A DNA stretch of 64,000 bases from Chlorokybus atmophyticus (lineage: Eukaryota; Plantae; Mesostigma and Chlorokybus algae). The notes beneath the pieces were generated by a model. The model saw only the letters and a program-made list of their open reading frames with translations, made no database searches and was not told the origin of the DNA. Below are positions 41,461-55,343 of this stretch, piece by piece; position 1 is the stretch's first letter; every line of letters starts with the position of its first letter. The DNA is taken from assembly GCA_009103225.1 (NCBI GenBank), contig RHPI01000671.1, positions 322,838-386,837 of the forward strand, given 5' to 3'. The position numbers were made by a program, and so were the translations under genes.

Positions 41461-41937
41461 CAACAGCAACGCGGTTTTTATACACTTTTTTGAACAGGCT
41501 GTCACGTCAGGCACCGTAAGTAGCTGCGTGTCATGTCACATCGCGCAGCAGCATTAACCCATCGGGTCTAGTCAACTGAGAATACGGTATGAACCGTGGG
41601 CGTTGTGCTAAAAACATAAAGAAGTCAACTGCGAGCCTACTTTGTCAGGCAATAAGGACATGCTGCCAGTAGACAGCTGTCTTAGGCAACTCCTGACCGT
41701 TCAACAGTTGCCAAACGGGGATTGTCTGCAGCGGCAGTGTAGTGAGCATACCACACAATTTGATTGTGCGCCCAATCTGATGCTCAAGGTTGGAAACTGA
41801 GTGAGCATTCACTCGTGCAAGAAAGTGTCCAGGGGAAGGTTCAGGTGTGATATATGCATACAAACAGCACTCTGCGGCTAATGAGCGACAGTGTATGTAG
41901 GACACAGCTGCCGCTGCTGCGTGGCACATAGCGCGCT

Positions 41938-42194
41938 ATGGTGAAGCGTGCAAGCGGCCAGCTGATCATGATGGAGGTGTTGCTGCTATGGTGGTCGCTG
42001 CTGCTGCTTCTGGCGACAAGTACTGCTGCACGCCCGCAAACGCCCCCTTCAACACCGATGCGTGGCCGGACCCGGACCCGGACCCGGACTTCCACAAGGC
42101 AAGTTGCCAAGTTGGTCCAGCTACTCAACTTACCTCCCACACATTCGGGCACCTGTCTCTGCAATTGGAGTGTTGTGGTGGTTGTCGTTGTGGC

Positions 42195-42225
<31 letters not shown>

Positions 42226-44560
42226 GGTGTCGCTGCAACACATTGCAGCTGTCACTGCCGTTGTCACTGCCGTTGTCGTGATGATAATCGCCTTCGTTGC
42301 TGTTGCGTTAGACGTTGTTGGGTTATCAACACCTGCTTTCAGCAACAAGAACATGCCATCATCAAACACCAAGAATCTGCGTGCTTGTGTGATGTCCAGC
42401 AGCACTGCGTATACTTGCATCTGACCTGCATCTGCACCTTTTCCAAGCACGTGCAGGATTGTACTTGACGAGACCTGCGCCTTCCACACCACTTCCAACA
42501 CTGTCATGCACAGTGTTGCTTGCGCGTCACTCCTTTACAAAAGCGTCGCCCCACTTCACGCACACCTACTCCTACCCACGCACCTCTGCTTGTACAGGAG
42601 TTGGCACAGACTGGGCACGCGTGCAGTACGCCTTCAACACAGCAGACCAGAGGTTTGCTACAGACCCAAATCACTCTCGGCGTGTGGCTGCAAGGTGGGT
42701 GAGATGTTGTTTGTGATCACCGTGTACGCATGAATGAAATCACTTGTGTGAGCAGGTGTGGACATCTTGTCGGTGTCGGACCTTGCTGCTACGGTCAAAC
42801 CAATCGATCGACAGAAGTATCCGCCACTGGACCCAATAGACAACAAGTATTGGTATGACGACATTTACCAGCGACATCACACAGGTGGCTATGCATTCAG
42901 ATACAGATACAGATCTACCTAAACTAATCACCGCACCAGAACAAGTTAATACTATCAACCTACCGTTGCAGTATTCCACTTTGCTGAAGCGAAGGGGTGA
43001 GTTGCGCTTGTACGCCGAGTTCCCCGTCACTCGCAACGTCACGTACAACGCGACGGTGTCTGCCACCTTCTTTGCCTCATCTCCGCAGCACCCCGAACCA
43101 GTGGCAGCTCACAACATAATAGCCGTATCGCTGTGGCATACAGTCTCTGCCGCGTGTGATTGTGACCAACGCGACCGTCATTAAACCGTCCCCGTCGGTG
43201 ATGGTGGTGACACCTACCAACGTACGCAAGGCTGTTCTTGAAGTATATACATGATGTATCTGTGTATCACAATGACCGTTGAGTGAGTTGACATCAGCAT
43301 GCTAGTGACTGCCAGTCAGTAATACATCTTTCTTGTTTTGGTTCTTTTCTTCCTTTTTCTTCTTTATTTACCCCTCCTTTTATCTTCCTTCTCTCTGTCA
43401 GGCGAAGTTGGTGTATCGTGCAGGCAGTTAATACTCTGACTACGTGAAACAAACTCCCTTTGCTGTGCACATCTTGTCGGATGAGAGAAGAGTGGCCGGT
43501 GTCGCGTACGGCGTGAGCGAGAGCGTGGACCCAGTAGCCCAGCTTCTATACTGAAGGGGTTCGAGATTGACACAACGCCCTTTGTTGGAGTAATTAATGA
43601 TGGAATGAGCCACAGCGTAGCCTTCCTCGCCAAAGAGAAATACCTGGACACGCCTAATGACGATTCTTTTGCTGGCGGTTACAAAATAAGGATAAAAACA
43701 GTCACTGATTTCCTTCCCTTCCTTTGTTTGGTGGTGCTGCTTATTCTTTGATTGTCATGCACAGAACAAAATGGCTGATTACCTGTCATGTGCTGTGCAG
43801 GTGGATGCTAACTTGCATCTGTATCATGATTTTGGCGTCGTAGTAATGTGACGGGGAAAGTGGTATGCGCGCGTGCAACATTAGGTTTGGAGTTGGTGAA
43901 CACCTCTCATGTCCAAGTCCCCAGCAGCTTTGGCAGTCTCTTTATTACTCATAGCCTTTATGTTGGCAACTGCTGTTGTTATGTTGTGTTGCAGACGTCA
44001 TGTGGATCTATCACAACAGTAGTAGTTGCCAACAAATCTTATCGTGAGGTTAATGAGAATGACTTCAAGAACGGTCCAGAGACTTGCTTCACATCATACA
44101 GCGTGCGTGTGTGCATGTTAACAAGACTTACAATCTCACTGTTATATGGAGTACTAAAATAACATCCTGCATGCCTCAGGTTCAAAACACAACGAAAATT
44201 ATCACGCATGCGTACGGGCGAGCTAAACCCGCGTATACGCAAATTAACACTTATACATGGGGTGAGCAAAGCTTCAACTATCATCAATACTTCTATAGAA
44301 ACTACCATGATGAGTTCTTTGAATACGCGTCTTCGAGCACCAAGCGCAAGACACCCCACATCAACATGCTGGCACAGTATGACTCGTAGGGTGTAAGTGT
44401 AGTGTAGACACAACAAGCTACTACGATCGTCCATCATATACTTTCAAGTTCAACTACACATACGCGGCTGCCACCAATGCAACCTGCTACTGAGAGTGGT
44501 AAGAGTACTCTGTGTCCACAGATGGTAATGTGGATTATGAAGCACGCAGTGACTCGACGC
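41938..44560 (+). pseudogene. Paralog B of the secreted-protein family (frameshifts and stops)
   Basis: MVKRASGQLIMMEVLLLWWSLLLLLA; frameshift before PFNTDAWPDPD; YLTRPAPSTPLP (mostly synonymous differences versus A); TPFAVHIL preceded by in-frame TAA 43429-43431; GLELVNTS; SYREVNENDFKNGPE; EQSFNY. Confidence 0.6.
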
Positions 44561-44645
44561 AATGCCAACATGTGTATGGGTGAACACTTGTACACTTACG
44601 TCACCTTCTTGATGGGAGGAAAAAAAAAAAAAAAAAAAAAAAAAA

Positions 44646-44841
44646 NNNNNNNNNNNNNNNNNNNNNNNNNNNNNNNNNNNNNNNNNNNNNNNNNNNNNNN
44701 NNNNNNNNNNNNNNNNNNNNNNNNNNNNNNNNNNNNNNNNNNNNNNNNNNNNNNNNNNNNNNNNNNNNNNNNNNNNNNNNNNNNNNNNNNNNNNNNNNNN
44801 NNNNNNNNNNNNNNNNNNNNNNNNNNNNNNNNNNNNNNNNN
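44646..44841. other. Assembly gap (N run) between poly-A and (CT)n
   Basis: N bases. Confidence 1.
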
Positions 44842-44926
<85 letters not shown>

Positions 44927-46958
44927 GCGTGCACTGTATGTATGTGACACACCTGTAGATAGAAACACATGTGCCCAGGTGTTGGTGCGTGCATGTCTCT
45001 GTGTCTGTGGTTGTGTACTTGTCCAGCATCTAGTGCGACCGCACGCCAAAGCAGAGTAATAAAGAAGGAAGAAGTTATGCCCTACTACATGGCATGCCCA
45101 TTGGGTTCTGGCATTCTGACACGAAGATATGCATGGGCGCCTGCAGCTCCTTTTATCAGCAACCCATCCTGAGATCAGAACAAAAACCAATCGACTATTG
45201 CCTGTTTGGGGGGGGGGGGGGGGGGGGGGNTCATATGTATGTGTAGTGCACTCTCAAGCAGATGCGTACATACACTGGTCAACACCTCAGCTGTGACGCG
45301 AATGACGTTGAGGCGGGCTTGCTGCAACAGTATGTCCAACAATGTCTGATTTGTGTTGCCATCCCTGCATCAAAGTTGTGCGACTGAGACCATCTGAAAA
45401 GCGGACATCCAGCACCGAAGGGAGAGACACAAACACGCACACGCACATGCCCGCACACAAACATCCACCGCATTGCACGATGTGCACACACACACGCACG
45501 CACGCAGGCACGCGTACATAAATGACAAACACATGCGTACACGCAAGCACACACGGATGCGCATGGATTTACTTGCACGTGCATGCGTGCGTGCGTTACA
45601 CCACACCTTCACGCCCACACGAGCGCCCACACGCACACATGCACACACACACATCAATCCCCAATACACCCCGAACGTGACAACTGTGAACAACAACAAA
45701 GATGACAACAAGGATGACAACATCAAGTACCTCCAGTCGTATCGGACGTGTGCTGTGGTGGAGTGGGGGTTTGTGTCGCACGGTGCCGTGCGTGTTGTTG
45801 TGTCGTGTTGTTGGGGTGGGGGTTGTTGGGCGGGTGAGTTGGTGAGTGAGTGAGTGTTTTAGTTGTTGTGTTGTGAAAGGTGGGGAATAGTGGGGTCGCT
45901 GTTGTCGGGTCAGCGGGGTGTGGGGAGATTAATCGCGCACGAGGTTGCGATGCGGTTCAATGCCGGGATCGCTTGTTTCTGAGTTGCCACAATTCTGCTA
46001 CTGTGATGCACACGCGCGCACGCACGCACGCACGCGCACAAATGTATTCAATGTTGATGATTGGTATGTTGGCTATAGACACGCTTGTTGACGTTTTACT
46101 TATAGGTTACGAGCAGCATTTGTTGGGGGGCGAAAACAACATGGCGGTTACGCAACAGGCGCGCTGGTGACTCGCTGTGTTTTTCTTGTGTGCCAGGAAG
46201 TGTTGTGAGCATATGGCCTATGCTGCAACATGCACATGGAGTCAAGACCAACAAAGCCAACCACTGCGTGTATTGGTATGCGCGTGCGTGCATGGTATGC
46301 GCGTGTTGTGTGTCTGCGTATCCGTTCGCCCACGCGACAACAGTGAGACGTTTTTCTTGACCTTTAGTTCCTTTTTCACGCCTGGGAGGTGTGCGCTGTT
46401 GAATGCATCGGTTGTGTGTGTGTTCAGGCTCGTGTACACGTTGTCACGCGGGGGCGTTTTGCATGTGCACTCACATGCACAAACGTATGTGGATGTGTGC
46501 ATGAATGCACGACGCATGTACACGCTGTACTCGTGCATACATGCGTGCAGACGTATGCACGACACGCGCTCACGCAAAACACGTAGCTACAGGCACACAC
46601 ACATGCCACTTCCCCCAGCTCCTCCGGCCTCGTCACAATCGTCTTTGCTCCCTCCGACTGTGCGACTCGGTCACACAGCCTGTGGACATTCCAAAAGGAA
46701 ATGACGCATGCGTGCGTGCACATGTGATCGCGCGTCCGCATTCGCACGTGTGTACAAAGATTAAAGTGGAAGGCACAACTAGCGGCATGCACAAGGTGTA
46801 TCGCAACCCAACAGCGCAAGTCACATGCATAGCACACGTGAGACGCAGACACCAGCCAGTGCGTACACAACCACCGTGTGTGTTCCCCCTCCACCCCCAC
46901 CCCCACCCCCACAGCCACAGCCACACACCCACAAATGTGTGCGTGTGCGTGCGTGTGC

Positions 46959-47020
<62 letters not shown>

Positions 47021-47607
47021 NNNNNNNNNNNNNNNNNNNNNNNNNNNNNNNNNNNNNNNNNNNNNNNNNNNNNNNNNNNNNNNNNNNNNNNNNNNNNNNN
47101 NNNNNNNNNNNNNNNNNNNNNNNNNNNNNNNNNNNNNNNNNNNNNNNNNNNNNNNNNNNNNNNNNNNNNNNNNNNNNNNNNNNNNNNNNNNNNNNNNNNN
47201 NNNNNNNNNNNNNNNNNNNNNNNNNNNNNNNNNNNNNNNNNNNNNNNNNNNNNNNNNNNNNNNNNNNNNNNNNNNNNNNNNNNNNNNNNNNNNNNNNNNN
47301 NNNNNNNNNNNNNNNNNNNNNNNNNNNNNNNNNNNNNNNNNNNNNNNNNNNNNNNNNNNNNNNNNNNNNNNNNNNNNNNNNNNNNNNNNNNNNNNNNNNN
47401 NNNNNNNNNNNNNNNNNNNNNNNNNNNNNNNNNNNNNNNNNNNNNNNNNNNNNNNNNNNNNNNNNNNNNNNNNNNNNNNNNNNNNNNNNNNNNNNNNNNN
47501 NNNNNNNNNNNNNNNNNNNNNNNNNNNNNNNNNNNNNNNNNNNNNNNNNNNNNNNNNNNNNNNNNNNNNNNNNNNNNNNNNNNNNNNNNNNNNNNNNNNN
47601 NNNNNNN
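47021..47607. other. Assembly gap (N run) after (GT)n
   Basis: N bases. Confidence 1.
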
Positions 47608-48212
47608 CAGGGGCATGACTCATGTGACATGATGTGGGTGCGTGATATTGAAATGTGTGACTTGAACTATACCCACAGGCAGGACCTTCGAACGAGGGTG
47701 GATGCTTGCGTTGCCATAATCTGGAAGGAGCATGCGAATGCTCTTTTTTCCAAAGCGCGTCGACGCAACGAGGGAGGCAAGCAAGAGGCTGTGTGTTTGT
47801 GCGCATGCATGTTTTCTGCATTGCGAGATATAACCACACAGAAAGCAGAAATACCGGAGGTAGGCCTACACACATGCTATGGGGATTGTCGAACCCACAG
47901 GCATCGTTGCGTTGGCAAGACAACAGTGGTTCACAGCCTGCGAGAGTTGATGTGAGAATCACAGACTGTCACGGTGTGACTACAGGCAGGGGAATGAATG
48001 GGTGACAGGAGTTTTCAACTTTCTAGTGACGTCCTTAGACAGCAGAGCTAAGAGAATCTCTGATCTACCCACACAGTCACACACAGGCAGAATCCATCAA
48101 AGGGCACATCAAGTCTGCCAGCTGATACATATTGCGTTGGAGAGGCACAGTGTGCTTGAGTTTTTGGTGGTTGTGTTGGCGGCTCAGGTTGGAGTAGGAG
48201 TGGGAGTGAGCA

Positions 48213-48811
<599 letters not shown>

Positions 48812-50099
48812 ACTGTATGTGAGAGAGTGGCTGTCTCGTGGTCCTGATGATGCAGTGTGTTTGTGTGTGACATGTTGTTCTGTTGCTGTGTAATGACTTG
48901 TTTAGTAACGACAACTACAATGCCTGCGCACTCCACTGTTGCTATGAAACCCACTGCCGGTTCGCACATTTATATTTGTGAGTCGTAAACGCGGTCCATT
49001 GTGACAAGTTGTAGCATGATCATAGACTGCGTGCGCACACCAGTATGGGGCGATTGCTGCCCTGATGGTCCCCGCATGCGCAGCGGGCCGCCACCGTCAT
49101 CACACTCACATGCTGACAACACAGCCTCCCTTCCTGGGCATCCTTGTCCCCTTCCCTCTGCAAGGGCAGCGAGTACGCCACACTCCACCACCCGTGGCCT
49201 AGCTGCCCTTTGTTGTTTGCGGTGCGTGTGTTGCTTCCACGTGCTCGCGTGCAGTTGGAGACCTACTTGCACTTGTACACATGTCCGTGGGGGTTAGGTG
49301 TCGCTGCTGATCTTCTGTCTTTCAGATGGTCTCAACCAACACGCATTGACTCCCGCTTCCAGCATGGTCGTCCAGGCTGGAAGAGTATACGCATGTAGGA
49401 AGGGGTCTGGCTAAGTGCCCCGCGCCCTGCCCCGCCCCTTGCAGTGTGCTTTTGGTACAAAAGAACGACGAGGGAACTGTTTTATATGCATTTCGTACAT
49501 GCCAACATGTTGCATCCGATTTCTTCAAACACTGTATAACACGCATATGCATGTGCACAGGTTGTACCATCCGCCGGTATGGGTGATGCATCCATGCTGT
49601 CAGCGTTCGTTACCTAGGGGTTGCAAGAGAGGGTGAGTGCTCACGAAGCTTGTGAGCCCCTCCCGACAACTGGTCATGCGCCCGCCCGCATGCATGCACA
49701 CGGTAACATGTGGTTGCAGACACATCATGGTATACGGGGTGCATCACACATGCTGACATATATTCGCACTCGGTTGCGGCACATGCTACAGTCACATGCA
49801 CAAAGCATTCACTATTATCATCAATTTTACACCACCACCGCCAGGCTATGTGCTCTACCTACTCAGTCTGGCTACCCTCTACATGCACATCCCCAGACAA
49901 TGGTATGGCTGACTCAAATGACGGAGGTATCCATGACCACTTAAATGCGGACTGTACAAGCCTCATTACATGTCGCATGTATCAGTAACAAATAAGTCGA
50001 GAAGATGCTACCAAGCAAACTCAGCTCCAAATCTTGCCATTGACCGACGTTGACTCACAACAGCATAGTCGTGTCATTGCGGATTTGCTTTGAACTTTA

Positions 50100-50680
50100 G
50101 CAACAAGGTCGTAACATGAAGTGGATGGGTACAAAGTCTTAAACGGTCCTGACACTTACCCAACATCATATGTGGTGCGTGCATGGCAGTGTCAATAGCA
50201 TGACATTGGCAAGGTTGCATAGGCAACTTAGAAATGTTGTTAAACAAAATGCAACCCGGTTTACATGTGCCTCCAAAGTACAAAATGCAACTGACAATTA
50301 CTTGCGCATACGGCAGCTGCCCCCCTCCCCCCCCCCCCTCTCGCGTACACTCCATTTAGTATGTACACGTGGGCCGAGCAAAGCTTTTATTATAAGGGAA
50401 AACGAGAGAGGACATGTGCCAAACAACAACTTGGCGTACTCATTTTTAATCAAGATGAGTACAGAGAGTTGTTGTTTGCAACACACCTTATATGACGATG
50501 CTCGCGATGTATAAGGCACAAGCTGTGCGTCTGAGCATGTCACGTTCTTATTACTCATAATTTGACACATACACTTCCAACTACACGTACGTGTCGGCTG
50601 GTAAAACGCAAACCGGCAGCAACAGAACCTGCCATAAAAAGCTGTACAAGTACATTGACAAGCCAACAGTGAGCTAATGC
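50100..50680 (+). pseudogene. Paralog C fragment (3' exons) of the secreted-protein family
   Basis: HEVDGYKVLNGPD preceded by TAA 50112-50114 where A has TAC; EQSFYYK; YTYVSAGKTQ...KYIDKPT. Colinear and inverted relative to paralog A. Confidence 0.65.
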
Positions 50681-51091
50681 AAAACTGGCAGCAACTCGGC
50701 GCTAATGCTAACGATGGTGAATTGAGTGACACATTACTAGTAAATGCTCGTGCAGCGTTCTCAGTACTCAGTATTCAGAACTAGCAGTTCTTGGTTGTCC
50801 CTGTGCTTGGCTAGCCATCATGAGTGCCACAGGTCCATGCAGTACAATGGTGCGAATAAGCTTCAGCTATTTGTATATGCATATGTGATGGTAATACTTC
50901 TTAATGCATGCGCTGGTTGCTAGTACGGTGCCTTGGCCAAATTCGCCAAGTACACACTGTGCTGCCAGCAGTGCTAGCATGCATGCACATAACATGCAGC
51001 AACACTTCAGCTAGCTTCGTGCCTCCCTCGTTCGCCCGAATGCAAGCCGGGGTTGCACATGCACATAAGCCAGCTCAACTCGCTCCTTCAA

Positions 51092-51135
51092 CAGTCGCGA
51101 CGCCAATGGGTCTTGGCTCTGCAAAAGCTTATGCC
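51092..51135 (+). repeat. Left terminal inverted repeat of the Academ-like element
   Basis: cagtcgcgacgccaatgggtcttggct...gcttatgccg matches the reverse complement of 62244-62276 (18 of the first 19 nt, then gcttatgccg after an indel). Confidence 0.8.
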
Positions 51136-53077
51136 GGCCCGGTCAGGGCTGAGCACTGTTGAATGGCTGTCAGCAGCTGTCGGGCTGCACTGGGCGGTGT
51201 AGATACTCGTTTGATCATGAGTCGCATTGGTTCGAGGATCGACGTTGATGTGGTTGTCAAGACTACTGCTTTCGACAGCGATGCACAAGGTTCCAGCGCT
51301 GACGGATCAGTGTCGACTGAGCTTGTGTTGTTGTCGGTTTAGGGTTGTAATGCCCTGTTGAGTCAACGCATTGAGACGTCTGAGTGTTGTCGTGCACCGT
51401 TTGCTGTCTATGCTGCGACGGTGGTCTATGTGGTTAAAGGGCTGATGACGCGGCGGTGGCGTGTCGTGTTGCAGCGTCTGAATAGCGGATGTATGGGTAT
51501 TTCCCGCGCAACGGGCGGTGTGGTTGTAGGTGGGTGGGGTTGCTGTAGGCGGTGAGTGTGCTCACCCTGGGGTGGCTGTGGAAGACTGGCGGAATGTCGG
51601 CTGACGGCGGAGCTGGCTTGGATGGAATCGCCGGCGTCACATTTTCGTTGTGTGCTACTTTGCCGTTTATCAGGCGCACTCAGTCTTTTTATCAAACAGC
51701 GTATGAGCAGGTGAGCAGGTGATTCTAGGACATTGTGTTGGCGATGTATCTGTTATGTAACTTGATGTATTCTGTGTAGTTGATGTTGTGTTCAATTGTA
51801 TGCATGCTGTAGGTGTCAATTGGGTGGCCGGTGCATGTAGCTGGATCTTCCAGGGGTCCTGAACAGGGTGTGAGGGAGCTTCATGTGGAGTTGCCTGGGG
51901 GTTTTGGCTTCAGATTTAGCTTGCATCGTGTGCGGCAGGGGCTTGCTGGCTTCCCCACGCGATTGGCTAGTGACCTGTTAGTTGTCGAGCATGTGGTTGG
52001 CAGCGTGTCTCTTGCACGCTGGGTGATTGGTACTGAGTGTGATATGGATCTTGGGCGACGGCGTCACTGGGTTGAGCAGTGGCACGACACGGAGTGGCTA
52101 CCATTCGAGGTGGGTCAGTGGAGCCTGCATCCACTGCAGGGCGGCGATGCAGGTGATGATGACAACCCGGGCTTAGCACACACCCCCCCTCCCGTCGAGG
52201 GTGGTGGCTGGCATCCCGTCATGCCTGCCGTATCAGGTGCCTTGTTGTCTGAGTTGTAGTCTATGGGAATATCATAGCATTCTGCAGATAAATCTAACCG
52301 CCATATGTGTTTTGTCGGTGTTCGTGTGGCATTAGCTGTTGCACACAGTTCAGTGTAACTGTGTGCGCGTAGTCGCCACTCTAAGTACATGTTCAAAGTC
52401 AAGTGATATGCATGATGAGGGGGTTGGATTAATGTTTGGTTTGTGTCGTGTGTAGGGCCTGCTGATGTTGGTGCGGCACAGTGAAACTGGTGAGCGTGCC
52501 TCTGTCGCATAGTTGTTTGAATGGCACAGTAGGTGCATGGCATTGCAGTATGGTCAACTGATAGTGTTATTGGTGCTGGTGCAGATCTTGGCGACGTACC
52601 ATCTGGCGCATGTCTCCAACAATGCAGTCGTGGCTGTGTAGGAGTGTAGGGTGTGCAGGTCGTCTGTAGGCACACATGGCAGTGCTGAGAATGTGTGTGT
52701 GTGTGTGTGGGCACGTAGTTCAGCATGTGCAGGCAGCCATACTCAGGACACTATGGGTGGGGCATTCTTGTGACTGAATGTGCTGCAAAGAGCTGTCTAT
52801 TGATGTCTGTTGTAACAATGAGTCAAGTATGCAATTCAACATGTAGGACTGTAGTGTCTAGTGCACGTGCAATATGGGTGAGGTGCGGGCTGGTTGACTG
52901 CGTCAACATTGGAAACAGTGATGTTGAATGATCAGACTTTAATGCTATAACAGAGCATGTTGTACAAGTATCAATGACGGCGTCACATGAGTGTCACTGC
53001 ATGCCCAAGCGTATGTTCATAAGGTATGCGAACAGCACCACACGAAGCATTGTTTGCAACAATGGCTGTGGTATGAT

Positions 53078-54980
53078 TTATGCTGACCATGAAATGGGAG
53101 GTCCGCTTGGTGTGTACCCCAAGGCCAACAACAGCTGCCTGCCTACATACTCTGAATAGGCCGGAGGGATGCTCTCCACCAACGCACACTCGTCCGTAAT
53201 CCAATCAATGCCGAGCGCCATGCTCCACCCACTGACCTTGCCTCTAGAGGCTGCCTGCCCATACACGGGATGCATCTGTTGCATGTCCGATACAGCCTCC
53301 TGTCGTACGCAGTCCTTTGTTGACTTGCTACTCTGACAGTGTCTAGATAGAGCACCTAAGTGCTTATCAGTATGGTCGCAGTGCATGTCCACAGACAGAA
53401 GAGGATGCGTCTCGAATACCCTGTGACGGAAGGTGGAGAGGGAGAACACGGTGCCGCATAACACCATGGTCGCATTCATGTAGGTTCGTGCATCAGGAAT
53501 GTTCTCTATGACGAAGCACTTGCCACTGTTTAGTAGCCGTGTGCGCACGTCGTGAAGGACGGTGCTATGGTTCCACGTGGCGGAGTGTTGTGTGCGCTGC
53601 GATTCTGGTATGCAGCGTGCGAAGGCCTGGCAGGGCGGGCTGGCCCATATGACATCGTAGTCTGCCAGGTCCACCAACAAGGCATCACCTTTGACAAATG
53701 TGAACGGGTACTGTGGCTGCTCATTGATATCAACCCCCGTGATGTCGAAGCTAACGCGATAAAGGCCCATGCTGGCGCCTCCACCACCACAGCACAAGTC
53801 CAGCAGTTTGAGGCGATGAGGTTCTCCGTTAGGCCGGCGCGGTGATTGTGTCAACAGAAGTGGGGATGACTGACTCCACAACGACATCATGCGCAAGGGT
53901 GGATTCACCTTGCGATTGGTTTGCACTCTGCTACCGCCTATGCGTACACACATTGAGTCTGTGTACTGTGTCTCAACAACCACAACAATGTTGTGTTTGT
54001 CAATGACCAGCAGCTGTACATCACCATCTTCGAACCGGACTCTGTGTCTGCCTGCAGTCAGCCCATGGTTGAGTGGTGCTGCTTGCTGAATCGCAGATAA
54101 GCATAAGTGCACAGGGAGCGGCATGTGTACAGGTGTGCAAGCACTGACCAAGTCTGTTGTTGTGGGCGTAGATGACACCCTTGTACCATGATTTGTCAAG
54201 CGGCCAGTAGACCATGACCGTGCAACCTATCAACGTCGAGCCTCCCTGCTGGCAGCGCTGATGCAACGTCTGCAGGTTATCACAGGTTGCAGCAGCTACC
54301 TGTCGAAACAGCATGTTGTCATAAAGGAGACGCATGCATGAGTGTTCCTGTTTCTACCACTGTCAAGCATGAGCGCATACACACTGCGTGTCACACACGC
54401 GGAACAGTGCGTACATTGACGTGCAGGAATCAGCACGCGTACCTCGTGCCGAGTGTTGTTCGCGCGCAAAGGTTGCGCAAGTGACGGCGGCGCCACCTCG
54501 CCGCGTCCGCATCGAGCGCGTTGTTGCTGTTACGTGTCGTGTGTAAGTTACAGACACGAACGGTGGACCACTTTGCATACTACGCACAGTCAGCACATCA
54601 GACTACTGGTGATAGTGTCTCACCGGTGAGACGTGAACGGCCTGACCAGATGACACCGTGCCGGGGCGTGCATACGGCATGTAGCGAATGGGCACACCTT
54701 GCCACTCAAATGGCGCACACGCACATTCAGTGCATGTGCACTGCTGTTGGAAGAACTTGGGCAGTATGCACTTGTGCTTGGAGCGGCAGTCAATCATGTG
54801 TAGTCCAGCAACGTGATAGTGCCAGCAAGCAGCGGTGAACCCATATAGGGCCAGATACCTTGTGCATTCGCTCTCATGACGGCTCATTCTGGATCGCTGA
54901 CCATTGGTAACGACATAGGCATGGCAAACAGAGCAAACTAGTGCTTTCTTGAGCGGTGCACCCGCCATGGTGATCGTCAT
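53078..54980 (-). CDS. Tudor-domain / C5-cytosine DNA methyltransferase fusion (phage/actinobacterial Dcm-like catalytic domain)
   Basis: Tudor is split by a phase-1 GT-AG intron: LIGCTVMVYWPLDKSWYKGVIYAHNNRLG|RHRVRFEDGDVQLL. The catalytic domain (~53813-53078) is uninterrupted: motif I LLDLCCGGGGASMG, GVDINEQPQYPF, GDAL, motif IV ASPPCQ, motif VI VIENI, LCG..F, motif VIII RHRVFE, ALGIDW, motif X ESIPPAYSEYVGRQL. The 5' exons (Cys-rich, from 54980) are less certain. Confidence 0.88.
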
Positions 54981-55343
54981 ACTCTCACCCGCCTGTGCAT
55001 AGCCGCTGTGGGTGCTACGGCCGAGTGGAGATTAACCCTAAAGTTGTGAGGTCAACCCTAAAAGTATGTGTCGCCCAGTAAAGCGCTGTATCAGCGGTGT
55101 GGCATATAGGTGGCGGCGATGTCCTGGTGGGCGGCGGCGGCGGCGGAAGCCTCAGCGACTTGGACACGTTGTGATGGTTTGCATGTCTCCAGTAGTGGTG
55201 GATGATACTTGTGTTGCAAGCCCAGTCAGCGCTGAGTGAGGTGTGGGTCGCAGCATGGCGCCGGCCCATGCAGGCGTTCTCTGTTGTTGTGGGAGGCGTA
55301 GCCATACTGGTGAGTACGGAGCAGTAAGGCATTGGTGTGGTAG

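Noticed and set aside
44450-47962. Long ORFs of up to 512 aa in the track
   Set aside because: They run through N gaps and are artefacts.
53078-53813. Bacterial or phage contamination as the source of the MTase and PhnB sequences
   Set aside because: The MTase is in frame with an intron-split Tudor exon inside a TIR-bounded eukaryotic element. Both PhnB copies carry spliceosomal introns and sit in duplicated eukaryotic flanks.
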